Part shown: piece by piece, positions 1 to 10,295 of the stretch
How positions within the stretch are numbered: the first letter of the stretch is position 1
Layout: the number at the start of each line of letters is the position of its first letter
Origin: a virus
DNA length: 64,000 nucleotides
IMG/VR virus record: IMGVR_UViG_3300029194_000001
Location: 68,238 to 132,237 of that record
Reading direction: 5' to 3' (one strand)
Notes under the pieces: generated by a model
What the model was told of the DNA's origin: nothing
Databases searched by the model: none
The model's input: the letters and a program-made list of their open reading frames with translations, nothing else
Translations under genes and position numbers: made by a program

Positions 1-208
1 GCTTTAGTGTAAATGAAAATGGAGTTCTAATATCAAATCCTGCGCTAAACTTTGTAGCTCTTGTAGGTAACTCTAATCCATAATACATACTTTCAATTTC
101 TTGTCTGAGTCTCTTAGATGTATCATCACCTGCAAGTCCAAATGTATCTAAATAATCTTTTTCAAACTGCTTATAGCTTACTTTCTCAAATTTTGCTACC
201 CTCTTCAT
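1..208 (-). CDS. dut: dUTP diphosphatase (dUTPase), N-terminal fragment; the gene continues past the left edge of the window
   Basis: Minus-strand translation from the ATG at 206-208 gives MKRVAKFEK...LPTRATKFSAGFDIRTP. This matches dUTPase motif I (P.RAT.GSAG.D). The frame is open to position 1. The ATG overlaps the stop of the upstream gene in TAATG. Confidence 0.55.
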   Translation of the reverse strand, partial: MKRVAKFEKVSYKQFEKDYLDTFGLAGDDTSKRLRQEIESMYYGLELPTRATKFSAGFDIRTPFSFTLK

Positions 209-843
209 TAATCTTCATCCTCCTCGTCCCATGGATCATATTCATCGCAACATTCACAATCACCGTTGCAATGCAATTCTTTATTTGGATTAACTCTAAA
301 CATATATTTAAGAATTCTGTCTTCACCAATAGTTTCAATCGCATCGTAAGCTATATCTCCATTAGAGAACAGTACAGTACCTACCGGTGGAAGAAATGAA
401 TCGTTCTCAACAGTAATTGACATGTCGTCTTCATCAAGTGCAAGCCAGAATGCGTACGATGGATGGGCGATTTCTCCATTGTGTTTATCTGCATAGTTCT
501 GAAGTTCTGCCATGATTTTTCTACGCTCTACCTCAAATTCTGCGTCTTCTTTGGTTCTAAAAACATTTCGAAGACCATAGCGTCCTTTATCTGCTTTATT
601 TTCAGTCCAAATAACAGAATCGACATCTCCATTACTATAAGTAAAAAAATATTTTTCACTAGTAATCGGTTTCCAGTGATTCTTAGTCTCTTTCTTCTTT
701 TGTTCTTCTTTATCTGTTTCAATTACTTTCCGCAGACTATCGAATGTATTCTGAAGTGTTTGCATAACAACATTTGTCACTGCTGGACTGCAATCAGCAA
801 GATTAAGACTAAAATTTACAGTATCTGTTTTAACTTCTCTCAT
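208..843 (-). CDS. hypothetical protein with an acidic C-terminus
   Basis: 211-aa ORF in the codirectional minus-strand block; no recognisable motif. Confidence 0.45.
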   Translation of the reverse strand: MREVKTDTVNFSLNLADCSPAVTNVVMQTLQNTFDSLRKVIETDKEEQKKKETKNHWKPITSEKYFFTYSNGDVDSVIWTENKADKGRYGLRNVFRTKEDAEFEVERRKIMAELQNYADKHNGEIAHPSYAFWLALDEDDMSITVENDSFLPPVGTVLFSNGDIAYDAIETIGEDRILKYMFRVNPNKELHCNGDCECCDEYDPWDEEDED

Positions 844-845
844 AA

Positions 846-1517
846 TTATTTCTCCTTGTAAAATTTCTCAATTTTTTCTTCTAAATATTTCAAATATTCA
901 TCCCACATATTTTTCGTGTAGATATACTCTTTAGTCTGACGCGCCATCATTAACTTTTTCATATCAGTTTTATAATCAAATGGTTTATTTCTACGACCAA
1001 GCTTTTTTGCAAGAACATCATATAAAAATGACTGTGTAAATCTTGAGAAAGTTAATAAGTCTTCTTTCTGAATAGCAGCGATTATTTTCTTATATTCATC
1101 CATTTTATCCGTTGGTATTGTAACATTTGCTTTTGGGAAATTTTTTAGACTATAAGGCGTGATATCAGCACCAAATGATGATGCTTTTAATAGATTTGCA
1201 ACTGCATTCATATCGGCAGTTTTAAATTTGAACTCTACTTCACTATCATAAATGTGTGGATCTGAATATGGAATATTTGTTTCATCAAGTTTCTTTAAAA
1301 TATTTTTCCCACGAATAATGCTTGGGATGTAAGCTACAAAAGTACCTCGACCATAATAATAAATTTTATTACCGAATTGGCATTTAATATATAGGTCATC
1401 ATAACTTTTATCAACTGTTCCATCTTCTTCTCTTGGTACATCATGGCTTTCCGGTGATAACTCAGGTACAATTCTGTATTTACCTTTAAAATGCTGTGTT
1501 AAATAACTCATAGGCAT
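846..1517 (-). CDS. hypothetical protein
   Basis: 223-aa ORF tightly packed against its neighbours. Confidence 0.45.
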   Translation of the reverse strand: MPMSYLTQHFKGKYRIVPELSPESHDVPREEDGTVDKSYDDLYIKCQFGNKIYYYGRGTFVAYIPSIIRGKNILKKLDETNIPYSDPHIYDSEVEFKFKTADMNAVANLLKASSFGADITPYSLKNFPKANVTIPTDKMDEYKKIIAAIQKEDLLTFSRFTQSFLYDVLAKKLGRRNKPFDYKTDMKKLMMARQTKEYIYTKNMWDEYLKYLEEKIEKFYKEK

Positions 1518-1522
1518 TCACC

Positions 1523-1795
1523 TCAATATTCTTCGTAGTAAGTTTCTTCACTTACTTCTACCTTATTTTTCTCTGCAGCGTGAAGCGTATCTAATGCTTC
1601 TTTACGAGTTTGGAATACATAATCGCCAAGAGCGTTATATCCAAATAAGTATGCACGTTTATCTTTTTTATCAACTCCGCAAAAGTAATCTTCTCCAACT
1701 GTTCGAACTTTTAATTCGCACAGATCATAAGTACCATTCTTTTTCTGAATCCTGGCATAATAAACCATGTCACCTTTATTTATTGTGCTGTACAT
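1523..1795 (-). CDS. hypothetical protein
   Basis: 90-aa ORF in an operon-like array. Confidence 0.4.
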   Translation of the reverse strand: MYSTINKGDMVYYARIQKKNGTYDLCELKVRTVGEDYFCGVDKKDKRAYLFGYNALGDYVFQTRKEALDTLHAAEKNKVEVSEETYYEEY

Positions 1796-2153
1796 GTTTT
1801 TTCTTCCTTTTCTTTTCTATATTCCATAGGATTTTTTGAGTGCAGAGGGAATCAAGTGTAGCAATGACATTCTCGATAACCTCTTCAAGTTCATAATTTT
1901 TACCACAATCCCAGTTGTAAATAGGAAAATATATCTCATCATGGTCCATATCTGTAACTGTGAGTGTATATGTATTATCTGACAAATCAATGTCAACTGT
2001 TAACCTATCAATGTCTTTATATACAAATTTGTTAAAATATGCGTGGTCACCATAAATTTTAAAGCCATTATTTCGAAGCTTATTAAAATCCATCTTGTTA
2101 TGAATAATATATTTTTCGTGAATGTCATTAATATTCATCTTGATTTCCTCCAT
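1776..2153 (-). CDS. hypothetical protein
   Basis: 125-aa ORF whose ATG is preceded by GGAGG. Confidence 0.4.
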   Translation of the reverse strand: MEEIKMNINDIHEKYIIHNKMDFNKLRNNGFKIYGDHAYFNKFVYKDIDRLTVDIDLSDNTYTLTVTDMDHDEIYFPIYNWDCGKNYELEEVIENVIATLDSLCTQKILWNIEKKRKKKHVQHNK

Positions 2154-2191
2154 ATAAGGGGGAGCCGGTTAAGACTCCCATAATTATTTAC

Positions 2192-3658
2192 TTAATCACA
2201 CTTACTCCAACCACAATCTTTACATGTATTGCAACCACCTTCAAAAACTAAATTTCCACCGCATTGAGGACATTTTGCTGTTTTTGATTTATCAACAATG
2301 ATTTTCTTTTTGGGCTGTTTTGGTGTATCAATTATCTCTTCTGAATCATCAGAAATTTCATCCTGCATTTCTTTGTACATATCAATAAGAGCATTTCCGA
2401 TAGCAACAGGACAACAAGATCCTTTTGATGTATCGTGTTTTGTTGCTGTTCTTACTGCATATGACGGACATGTTCCACTTGACTTAAGCTGATCAATGAT
2501 TGAATAAATATCAATTCCACCTCTTGCTGCAAGAGAAATCATTCTGGAAAGCCCGATCATAAACTGGTTGCAGCCGCCCGAAGATCCCTTACTTAAATAT
2601 GTTTCAAGAAGTTCTCCAGTATCTGGATCAAAGAATGCTTCGCAATGCAATGTTCCACATCCAGTCTGTAATGTACGTTTCTTACCAACACAGTTGTCAT
2701 CAGCTTTAATGATCATTCCTCTGCCAAGAGTTGTTTTAGGCTTTTCAGATGTTTCATCATCTTTTTTACTATCTGACGTTGTAAGAATTCCTGCACGTTT
2801 ACATCCATCACGGAAAATTGTGACACCTTTAAGTCCTGCTTCCCAGGCTGTCATATATAATCCTTCAACCTGTTCTACTGTAAAATTATTTGGTACATTT
2901 ACCGTAGAACTAATTGATGCATCAATATGTGTCTGCCAAATACTCTGCATATAGATACGATTCTTATAATCAAGTGTCTGTGCAGTTACAAAATAATCTG
3001 GTAATTCAGAATCGTCTTTTAGATTATTTTTTTCCATATAATCTTTTACGATTGGGGTATACACTTTGTAATACTCATCATGTCCTTTAAGAGATTCTGT
3101 TTTTCTTGTATAATAGTTTGCGAAAATTGGTTCGATTCCACCAGATACTCTAAGCATTGTAGAAAGTGTTCCGGTTGGAGCAATTGTAAGAAGTTGAGAA
3201 TTTCTAAGACCATACTCTTTTACAAGCTGTTTTGTTTCACCAAGAGCATTTTTTGAATAATAAGCAGATTGCTCAACTGCTTCCGGATTATATTTTGGAT
3301 ATGGACCATACTCTTTTGCTAATAAAGCAGATGTTTTAAGTGCTTCATCAGCCATTGCATGACCGATCATATCACATAAATCAATAGCTTCAGGACTTCC
3401 ATATTTAATACCCATCTTAATAAGTAAATCTGCAAGACCAAAAATTCCAAGTCCAATCTGTCTCCAATCTCTTACAGAATCTCTCTGTTCCTGTAATGGA
3501 TGTAATGGTAATCCCTCGTCAAGGACTTCGTTTAATCCGATTGTTGCAATATGTACTGTTTTTCTAAAATCATCAAAATTAAATCCATGTGAAGTTGCAA
3601 ACTCAGCTAAATTAATACTTCCGAGAAGGCAGCTCCCACCTGCTGGAAGTGGTTCTTC
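2192..3658 (-). CDS. nrdJ: ribonucleotide reductase, exon 2 (C-terminal 488 aa); class II (NrdJ)-like with a C-terminal CxxC...CxxC zinc ribbon
   Basis: The frame of the 2192..3415 ORF stays open upstream to 3658. The translation starts EEPLPAGGSCLLGSINLAEF, the RNR active-site continuation after NPC. The C-terminus CPQCGG...CNTCKDCGW is a zinc ribbon typical of class II/III RNRs. No glycyl-radical motif is seen. Confidence 0.75.
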   Translation of the reverse strand, partial: EEPLPAGGSCLLGSINLAEFATSHGFNFDDFRKTVHIATIGLNEVLDEGLPLHPLQEQRDSVRDWRQIGLGIFGLADLLIKMGIKYGSPEAIDLCDMIGHAMADEALKTSALLAKEYGPYPKYNPEAVEQSAYYSKNALGETKQLVKEYGLRNSQLLTIAPTGTLSTMLRVSGGIEPIFANYYTRKTESLKGHDEYYKVYTPIVKDYMEKNNLKDDSELPDYFVTAQTLDYKNRIYMQSIWQTHIDASISSTVNVPNNFTVEQVEGLYMTAWEAGLKGVTIFRDGCKRAGILTTSDSKKDDETSEKPKTTLGRGMIIKADDNCVGKKRTLQTGCGTLHCEAFFDPDTGELLETYLSKGSSGGCNQFMIGLSRMISLAARGGIDIYSIIDQLKSSGTCPSYAVRTATKHDTSKGSCCPVAIGNALIDMYKEMQDEISDDSEEIIDTPKQPKKKIIVDKSKTAKCPQCGGNLVFEGGCNTCKDCGWSKCD

Positions 3659-4782
3659 CTGTTTTATTACCCTATAGGCTTTTTATCCTATAGTTCTGGG
3701 GATTTCTCCCATATCCATAAAGCGCAAGTAAAACATTACGGAATACGTCTGTCAATTCAGACCAGCTTAGCATACATTTTCTTCGGGGATAATATTTTGT
3801 AATTCTATTAAAAATGATTTCATATTATGTACGTTGTCAAAACAAGTAAATAAACTTCTAAAATCCTTTATTTCATATTTTTTGTTAATTATATTGATTA
3901 AACTTGATAATGTTGCTCTTATTTTATTTTTTGGACAATTTAATACTAAATTTTTATTTTGTAATACCCATTTTTCTATATCTTTTTTTATTTCTTTTTT
4001 ATGAATAATATTATTTTCATGATTTTTCTTCGCTGCAATATCTACACCTTTTTGCCAAGTTTTAGCATTTGTAGCACATTGATCACTACAATAAATTCTT
4101 CTGTTAGTTTCCCATGTGCTCAAAACAATTTCTTTTCCACAATATGCGCAAGTAAGTACTTTTGTTTTTTTAGGTTTACTCTTTTGTGTTTCATTTCCTT
4201 TTCGTAATCCAGCCAACATTTTCTTTGATGTTTCAGGATTTAGCCATTTTATCTTAGTAGTCTCACTTATTTTTCTTTTGGTCTCTTCAGATTTTTTTCC
4301 GCCATTACATCCTCCAGAATCAAGATTGTATCCAAATACTTTGTAATTGGAGTTGTAATATTTAATCCAGTATCTTTCTTTTTCATTCAATTCTTCAATA
4401 TTATCTGCGGAATCTATTTCTTCAAAAGTAAAGTTATTTTCTCCATATTTGTTTATAGCGTTGTGAAAATAAACAGATTTTCTTTTTTCGCACTTTGCTT
4501 CTCTAATATGTTGATTTTTTCTATATTCTAAGGAATTAGTAGTTTGTCCAATATATATTTTGTTGTTAATTAAATTTGTTGCTTTATAAATAATCAGATT
4601 TATTACCTCCTCTGATTATCCCCTACTGATCCGTACTCGTGGATGGATTATTGCTAACATAACGCTCACCATCTATGCGTTACAATCCCCTATGTTGTAG
4701 TAGGATCTCGGTATTCCCATATCCTAAGACTTAGGGTTCACCGATTTTACGGAATGTTTTACTTGCGCCCAAGAACCCAAGC
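3659..4782 (-). mobile_element. group I self-splicing intron (1124 nt) inside the RNR gene, carrying a GIY-YIG homing endonuclease ORF
   Basis: Exon 1 ends ...AAT CCT TGT (NPC) on a U. The intron starts GCUUGGGUUCUUGGGCGCAAG. GCAAG can pair with exon CUUGU as P1, with a G-U wobble at the splice site. The adjacent GGUUCUU is the exact reverse complement of the exon-2 start AAGAACC, which is P10. The intron ends ...AAAACAG with a terminal G. Removing it gives an in-frame NPC-EEPL join that restores the N-x-C-x-E catalytic motif. Confidence 0.75.
3767..4597 (-). CDS. GIY-YIG homing endonuclease, intron-encoded; non-ATG start likely (CTG, ATT or ATA after GGAGG)
   Basis: Minus-strand translation upstream of the 3767..4390 ORF continues in frame. 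It gives IYKATNLINNKIYIGQTTNSLEYRKNQH, the GIY...YIG motif. GGAGG lies 8 nt upstream of the CTG at 4597. A C-terminal zinc-finger-like CAYCGK...CSDQC region follows. Confidence 0.7.
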   Translation of the reverse strand: MIIYKATNLINNKIYIGQTTNSLEYRKNQHIREAKCEKRKSVYFHNAINKYGENNFTFEEIDSADNIEELNEKERYWIKYYNSNYKVFGYNLDSGGCNGGKKSEETKRKISETTKIKWLNPETSKKMLAGLRKGNETQKSKPKKTKVLTCAYCGKEIVLSTWETNRRIYCSDQCATNAKTWQKGVDIAAKKNHENNIIHKKEIKKDIEKWVLQNKNLVLNCPKNKIRATLSSLINIINKKYEIKDFRSLFTCFDNVHNMKSFLIELQNIIPEENVC

Positions 4783-5595
4783 ACAAGGATTAGTTCCGGC
4801 ATAATGAAAATTATTGTCACAACTAAGTAAATTCCAGTTTTCGATTCTGTCCCAGAAAAGCATTCCAGGCTCTGCATAATCCCAGTTCATTTCACATAAT
4901 TTGTGGAACATTTCATATGCATCAATTGTTTTAGTAATAGTTTCACCTGTCTCAGCTCTAGTAAAGTTAAGTGTAAATGGCTGTTTATTTTTTACTGCGG
5001 CCATAAATTTGTCTGTAATACGAACAGAGATATTAGCTTTTGTTACTTTATCAAGATCTGATTTAATTCCAATAAATTCCTCAAGATCTGGATGTTCGCA
5101 GGACAAGCTAATCATTAATGCTCCTCTACGTCCCTGTTGACAAATTAATCCAGTGATCAAAGAGTATAAATCCATAAAACTAACTGAGCCTGTTGTGGTT
5201 TTTGCAGAGTTTCTTACTACAGACCCTCTAGGTGCTAACTTGCTAATATCGATTCCACATCCACCACCATAAGAATATGTACGTGCAAGTTTCTTTGCAC
5301 AATCAAAAATAGATTCAATGTTATCCTCTGGAGGTGTAATAACATAACAGTTGCTAAGTGTGGTTTTTACATACTTATCGTTACTGACATCAATATCTTT
5401 GTTTACACCTCTGTTAGCAAGGATTCTCCCACCAAAGAGAAATTTCTTATCCTTAATTAACTGTTTTACTTCCTCATTCCAACCAGAAACTCTATCAAGC
5501 CACTGATCAAATGTTTCTCCATTAAACTGATACTTTCTCTCCCAGATATCCTGTCCCAGTTTATTGTCTTTTCCTAACCATTCTTGTACAGTCAT
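4783..5595 (-). CDS. nrdJ: ribonucleotide reductase, exon 1 (N-terminal 271 aa)
   Basis: Translation MTVQEWLGK...LSNCYVITPPED...GTNPC ends exactly at the catalytic NPC. The in-frame stop that follows belongs to the intron. Confidence 0.75.
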
Positions 5596-5607
5596 TTTGT
5601 CACTCCT

Positions 5608-6030
5608 TTACTCTAAATAAAAATCATTAATATAATCAATCGCTTCATTAATACCTTTGAAAATCACATCACAATCTTCTGGCAGCCATTCATAACTGTC
5701 ATAATCGTTGAATCCAATAATGGGAATGTGGTTATCTACTGCGAATTGCAGTTCTTGAGCTGTTCCAATAGAAGTGTTTGTATGTTCCAAATTTACAAGG
5801 ATTAAATCACATTTTCGAATACGTGATAAATAGAATTGTTTTACTTGTTTATTAGTGATTGCATTGCCACCATCACGATCAAAATAACGTGTTGGATTGA
5901 TTACTTTAATAGTTACATCTTTAGCTTCTGAAATATTTTTAAAAATATTCTCAGCTTTTAATCTCCATTCTTTTCCACCGTCATGCATTCCTCTACATGC
6001 ACCGGCGAGATATACTGTTAGTTTTTCCAT
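5608..6030 (-). CDS. nucleoside 2-deoxyribosyltransferase-like protein (YtoQ/Nuc_deoxyrib_tr superfamily)
   Basis: The N-terminal VYLAGA..., the central CDLILVNLE and TSIGTAQELQFA all resemble the deoxyribosyltransferase fold motifs. The gene sits in the nucleotide-metabolism context. Confidence 0.4.
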   Translation of the reverse strand: MEKLTVYLAGACRGMHDGGKEWRLKAENIFKNISEAKDVTIKVINPTRYFDRDGGNAITNKQVKQFYLSRIRKCDLILVNLEHTNTSIGTAQELQFAVDNHIPIIGFNDYDSYEWLPEDCDVIFKGINEAIDYINDFYLE

Positions 6031-6041
6031 GTTACTACCTC

Positions 6042-7352
6042 TTAAATAAGTCCAGCTTCATCATCTGCTAATACCTTATCATAATCTTCTCTGAAGCAAA
6101 TAAATCCTGCAAACTGTAAACTTGGAAGTCCAGTATTTTTATCTTTTGTTTCTTCCTTATATTTAATATCAATGAGTTTGCCAATAAGCTCATCTCGTTT
6201 TTCCCAGAGATCTTTTCTCATTTGATCTGAATATCCATATCCAACACCAGATTTTCCATCTTTATATTTAACGATTAACGATCCAAGTGCTCCTTTGTTC
6301 TTGCCAGACCCTTCTTCGTATCCAATAACTCTTAAAGTCGCATCATAGAACTGTTTTACTTTAATAAGACTTTTGGTTCGTTTGCACTCATATGGCTTGT
6401 CAAGATTAATGCAACATCCTTCCCAATCATTATCTTCTGCGTACTGAAGCCATTCCCAAATTTTACTGTGGTCGTAACCATGATATACTCTCGGAACAAC
6501 TTCAATATTGTCTGTTGGATGGAATTTAAGTTTTTCTTCCAATTCATCTAAATCTTTGCTTCTAATGGAGTATGGTTCTTTAGATTTTCCAGACCAAAAT
6601 TCTTTAAGGGGGAACATATCGAATACAACGAATTTTAATTGAGATTTGTCACCAGATTTGCTATTTGCGATTCCTGTACCTTTTTGAAATGCTTCAGAAT
6701 CGGATAATCCTTCTTTATTTTTATAGAGAAGTTCACCGTCTACAAACATATTGTCATAGCCCATTGCTTGTAGATCTTTAATAATATGATCGACACCATT
6801 AATTTTCTTATTCTGTCTAGTTCTGCACTCAGTTCCAATGTATGCACATCTGAGTCCATTTAGTTTGCGGCTAATATAAATCAGCTCATTACCTTTCAGC
6901 TTAACTTTTTCAATTGAAGTACCAAGCTGTACATTAAATTCTTCAATCAGTCCTGGAATAGCTTTATTGATAAGCTTGGAGTCTGCACCTAATCTAAACT
7001 TCTTTGTTACCATTTCTTCATAAAACTGACATTCAGCTTCAGATTTAGAATTATTGCAAATAAACTTTCTGACAGTAGCGACATCTACATCAGTACCTGT
7101 ATTATGAGTTTTTAGGTAATCAATAACTTCTGAGAAGTTTTTTGGCTCAAATGTTGCATAATTTGCAGCTTTTGAAATGGTCATTTTATCGATCTTTTTT
7201 GTGCTGATTCCTGTTACAGTATTACCGTCCAGTAAGAACACCAGACACTTTTTAAGAAGCTCATTATCCTTGTTTTCTCTAAGGATACGCTGCTTTTCAT
7301 TCAGACTCGATGTGTTCTGAATGAGTTTTAGAATTTCAATTACTTCTTCCAA
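6042..7352 (-). CDS. ATP-dependent nucleic acid ligase (DNA ligase-like nucleotidyltransferase)
   Basis: Motif I-like SRKLNGLR (KxNGxR variant), motif III FVDGELL, motif IV-like EGCCINLDK and motif V SLIKVK. Confidence 0.65.
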   Translation of the reverse strand: MEEVIEILKLIQNTSSLNEKQRILRENKDNELLKKCLVFLLDGNTVTGISTKKIDKMTISKAANYATFEPKNFSEVIDYLKTHNTGTDVDVATVRKFICNNSKSEAECQFYEEMVTKKFRLGADSKLINKAIPGLIEEFNVQLGTSIEKVKLKGNELIYISRKLNGLRCAYIGTECRTRQNKKINGVDHIIKDLQAMGYDNMFVDGELLYKNKEGLSDSEAFQKGTGIANSKSGDKSQLKFVVFDMFPLKEFWSGKSKEPYSIRSKDLDELEEKLKFHPTDNIEVVPRVYHGYDHSKIWEWLQYAEDNDWEGCCINLDKPYECKRTKSLIKVKQFYDATLRVIGYEEGSGKNKGALGSLIVKYKDGKSGVGYGYSDQMRKDLWEKRDELIGKLIDIKYKEETKDKNTGLPSLQFAGFICFREDYDKVLADDEAGLI

Positions 7353-7356
7353 TAAA

Positions 7357-7584
7357 TTAATCCTCCAATCTTCCGATTACTTTTATATGTTCAGTGAACA
7401 GTAATGTTAACTGTCCACTGCTATTTACTTCTTCAACCGAAATACAGTTATTACAAAAACCGATATCTGCAATACATCCTATAATATTGCTTTTATAGTT
7501 ATCATCCATAATAAAAACGCAACAGTCACCGATTCTATGTACAACATTATCATCATCTACAAGAGTGTTATCTTTGATGTACAT
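7357..7584 (-). CDS. hypothetical protein
   Basis: 75-aa ORF. Confidence 0.35.
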   Translation of the reverse strand: MYIKDNTLVDDDNVVHRIGDCCVFIMDDNYKSNIIGCIADIGFCNNCISVEEVNSSGQLTLLFTEHIKVIGRLED

Positions 7585-7588
7585 TTAA

Positions 7589-7951
7589 TTAATCACCACC
7601 CTCTTGTAAGTCGATTGATGTATGAAGAAGTTCACTAATTGATTTTGTATTTTTATTAAAATATTTCATAACCTCAATTGCAGGTTCGATGTCTTCAAAA
7701 AATAAACCAATATATTCATATTCATTTTTCTTTATAAACTTTTTAATTTTATTTAATTGCTTAAGATCGATGTAACAATTTTCAATCAGTCCATCATAAA
7801 CAATTTTTATATACTCTCCCTTTAATGGATATAACCCTAAAAGTTCTGAAATAGTGATATAAACCTTAACAGTTATTGGATCAATTTTGATTTTATATTC
7901 TCTACCATACTTCTTCATAATCTGAGAAATATCATTAATAAGTTCTATCAT
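7589..7951 (-). CDS. hypothetical protein
   Basis: 120-aa ORF. Confidence 0.4.
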   Translation of the reverse strand: MIELINDISQIMKKYGREYKIKIDPITVKVYITISELLGLYPLKGEYIKIVYDGLIENCYIDLKQLNKIKKFIKKNEYEYIGLFFEDIEPAIEVMKYFNKNTKSISELLHTSIDLQEGGD

Positions 7952-7952
7952 A

Positions 7953-10295
7953 TTATTTCCCCTTTCTTTTAATTGTGCTTAACCACGTATTTCTTGCATT
8001 ATTACTTGTATTTAGACATTTGTAGAATGCCTGTGGTTCAGCACATAATAAACATCTTTTCTTTGCTCTTGTAAGCATTGTATATAACATACAGTTGTCC
8101 AATAATTTATAATGGGTATTATCAATTACACAAATAACTGTTTTCCTGGAAGATCCTTGCATTTTATGAGTTGTTAAAGCATAAGCCATATCTAAATCTG
8201 CAAGTTCACTTCCTTCGTACCTGATCACTTTATCTTGTTTTTCATAAATTATATTGTTATCTTCATCAAAAACTAATCCAACGTCTTTTTCTACTTTGGG
8301 ACCAAACGACTGATAGGTAACTTCGCAATAAGTCACTGGCTTTTTACCACTCATATCTTCTCCGATAAATGTGATATAACCAATCTCACCATTAAAGACA
8401 TTTCGATCATAATCATTTACAGTCTGTACAACTTTACATCCAAGTTTAAATTCTTTCTCTCCAAATGAGATTGACTTCCTTTCATCTTTAAGAAGCACTT
8501 CTACAATATCCCTATTTAATTCGTATGCACTGTTTAAGCATCCTTCTCTACGAGGTACAGCGATGCCAACATTGTCAACACCATCTGATTCGACCGCTGA
8601 AAAGAACATTTTTAATGCAAGCTGGTGAAGTGAGTCTCTTGTATCTCTGAACATGTAATACATATCCTGCAATTCACCATGAACCAATTTTTTTGACGTA
8701 AGAACTTCTGTAATGGGATTTTTATTATCTCGAATGAGATTTGCATCGGTAAGAATTCCAGATTTTTCTGCTTGACGCATAACTTTTGTAAGTTCGTTGA
8801 TGTTTTCTTTTGGTAGACAATGAATCAGATCAGAGAATATATTTCCAAATCCAATTGGCGGTAACTGTTTATAGTCTCCACAGATTATGATTTTTGTATT
8901 ATCATCTATAGCTTCAAGCCATGCTAAGAAGATTTGCACATTTACCATAGATGCCTCATCCATTAATACTACTGGAGATATAAGTTTGCAGTCCTTATTA
9001 TAATCAAACTTATTTGGACCATGACATCCTAGTGTTCTATGAATCGTCATTGCAGGATAATCTGTAGCTTCTGTAATACGTTGCGCTGCCATTGCTGATA
9101 ATGCACAGGCTGAAATATTATGATTTGCCAGAGAATACGCACGAATAATTCCACGTAAAATTGAACTTTTACCGGTACCGGCTTTTCCTGTAACGAAGCT
9201 AATACTCTGCGTTAGTATAGAGCGTATAATTGCCTTTTGTTCATCGGTATAAGAAAATCCTTGCTCTTGTTCTGCTTTAACGATTCCTGCCTCTATTTCA
9301 TCGTTTTCTATAGGCACTGGTGACGGTTTATTCAATCTTTCTTGAATGATAGACAGGATCTTCATCTCAAGATTGTAGTATAGCTTAAGTCCAACTCTAT
9401 CTTCATACTGATGTAAAAATGAATTATTTTCAAGAACTCCATCAAATACATCTATACACTCTGGAGCTGAATCTTCAACTGCAGCTTTTAAAATATCTAC
9501 ACTACAATAAGTATGTCCATCATTCTCACCAATTTCAGTAAGGTAATAGGAAATAAAAGCAATACATCTTTCTCTGGATTCAAGAAGTTCAGGTTTTAAT
9601 TTAAGTGCCAATTTATCTACCTTCTTAAAACCAAACCCTTTCATAGAACATAAGTAGTATGGATTATTTTCAATTTTCTGCTTTAATAATCCAGGGTTTG
9701 GTTCATTGCTAAGAAGGTTTTTAATCATTGTGAATGTAACACCTAACGGTTTTAGTAATGTGATAATATCTGAAATAAGGTAATTATCAATTATCTTGTC
9801 TTTTATTTTCTTCCATGTTTTTTCACGAACACCTTTAACTTTTGAAAAATCAATTGTATCTAATTTACCGTCAGCTACATCATTTACAACATTTGGATAT
9901 GCAGCAAGTAATGAATCTGCAACACTCTCAGGGATAAGTGATTTAAGAAAAACTTTAGAATCTTCCACAGTCTGCGGAGCCAATGCATAAACTGTGATTG
10001 GTACATATTGTGCCCCATATTTTTTATCATCTTTATATGTTGCAGTAATATTATATTCTGAACCAACACACAGTTGCTGCATTCGTCCGGCTAAAGTTCC
10101 GACAAAAGTATCACCATGCTCGTCTCCGAATAAATCTTTATGAGCAGTTATCTTCTGACAATTAGGAAGCTGATCAGTTGTATTAAATGAATAAACTCCC
10201 CAAGATGTATTTTCACTGTAGAAGCGCTCATATGAAATTCTGGCTGTAAATTCAAACTGCTGATCATCATTACTAAATTGTTCTGAATAACTCAT
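7953..10295 (-). CDS. RecD/Dda-like SF1 DNA helicase
   Basis: Walker A VTGKAGTGKSS, Walker B VLMDEASMV, IICGDYKQLPPIG and the C-terminal YALTTHKMQGSS helicase motifs. Confidence 0.8.
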   Translation of the reverse strand: MSYSEQFSNDDQQFEFTARISYERFYSENTSWGVYSFNTTDQLPNCQKITAHKDLFGDEHGDTFVGTLAGRMQQLCVGSEYNITATYKDDKKYGAQYVPITVYALAPQTVEDSKVFLKSLIPESVADSLLAAYPNVVNDVADGKLDTIDFSKVKGVREKTWKKIKDKIIDNYLISDIITLLKPLGVTFTMIKNLLSNEPNPGLLKQKIENNPYYLCSMKGFGFKKVDKLALKLKPELLESRERCIAFISYYLTEIGENDGHTYCSVDILKAAVEDSAPECIDVFDGVLENNSFLHQYEDRVGLKLYYNLEMKILSIIQERLNKPSPVPIENDEIEAGIVKAEQEQGFSYTDEQKAIIRSILTQSISFVTGKAGTGKSSILRGIIRAYSLANHNISACALSAMAAQRITEATDYPAMTIHRTLGCHGPNKFDYNKDCKLISPVVLMDEASMVNVQIFLAWLEAIDDNTKIIICGDYKQLPPIGFGNIFSDLIHCLPKENINELTKVMRQAEKSGILTDANLIRDNKNPITEVLTSKKLVHGELQDMYYMFRDTRDSLHQLALKMFFSAVESDGVDNVGIAVPRREGCLNSAYELNRDIVEVLLKDERKSISFGEKEFKLGCKVVQTVNDYDRNVFNGEIGYITFIGEDMSGKKPVTYCEVTYQSFGPKVEKDVGLVFDEDNNIIYEKQDKVIRYEGSELADLDMAYALTTHKMQGSSRKTVICVIDNTHYKLLDNCMLYTMLTRAKKRCLLCAEPQAFYKCLNTSNNARNTWLSTIKRKGK

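Noticed and set aside
2192-3415. Treating the 407-aa ORF as a free-standing gene
   Set aside because: The frame is open a further 243 nt upstream, without a Met, and encodes the conserved RNR segment that follows NPC. It is exon 2 of an intron-split gene.
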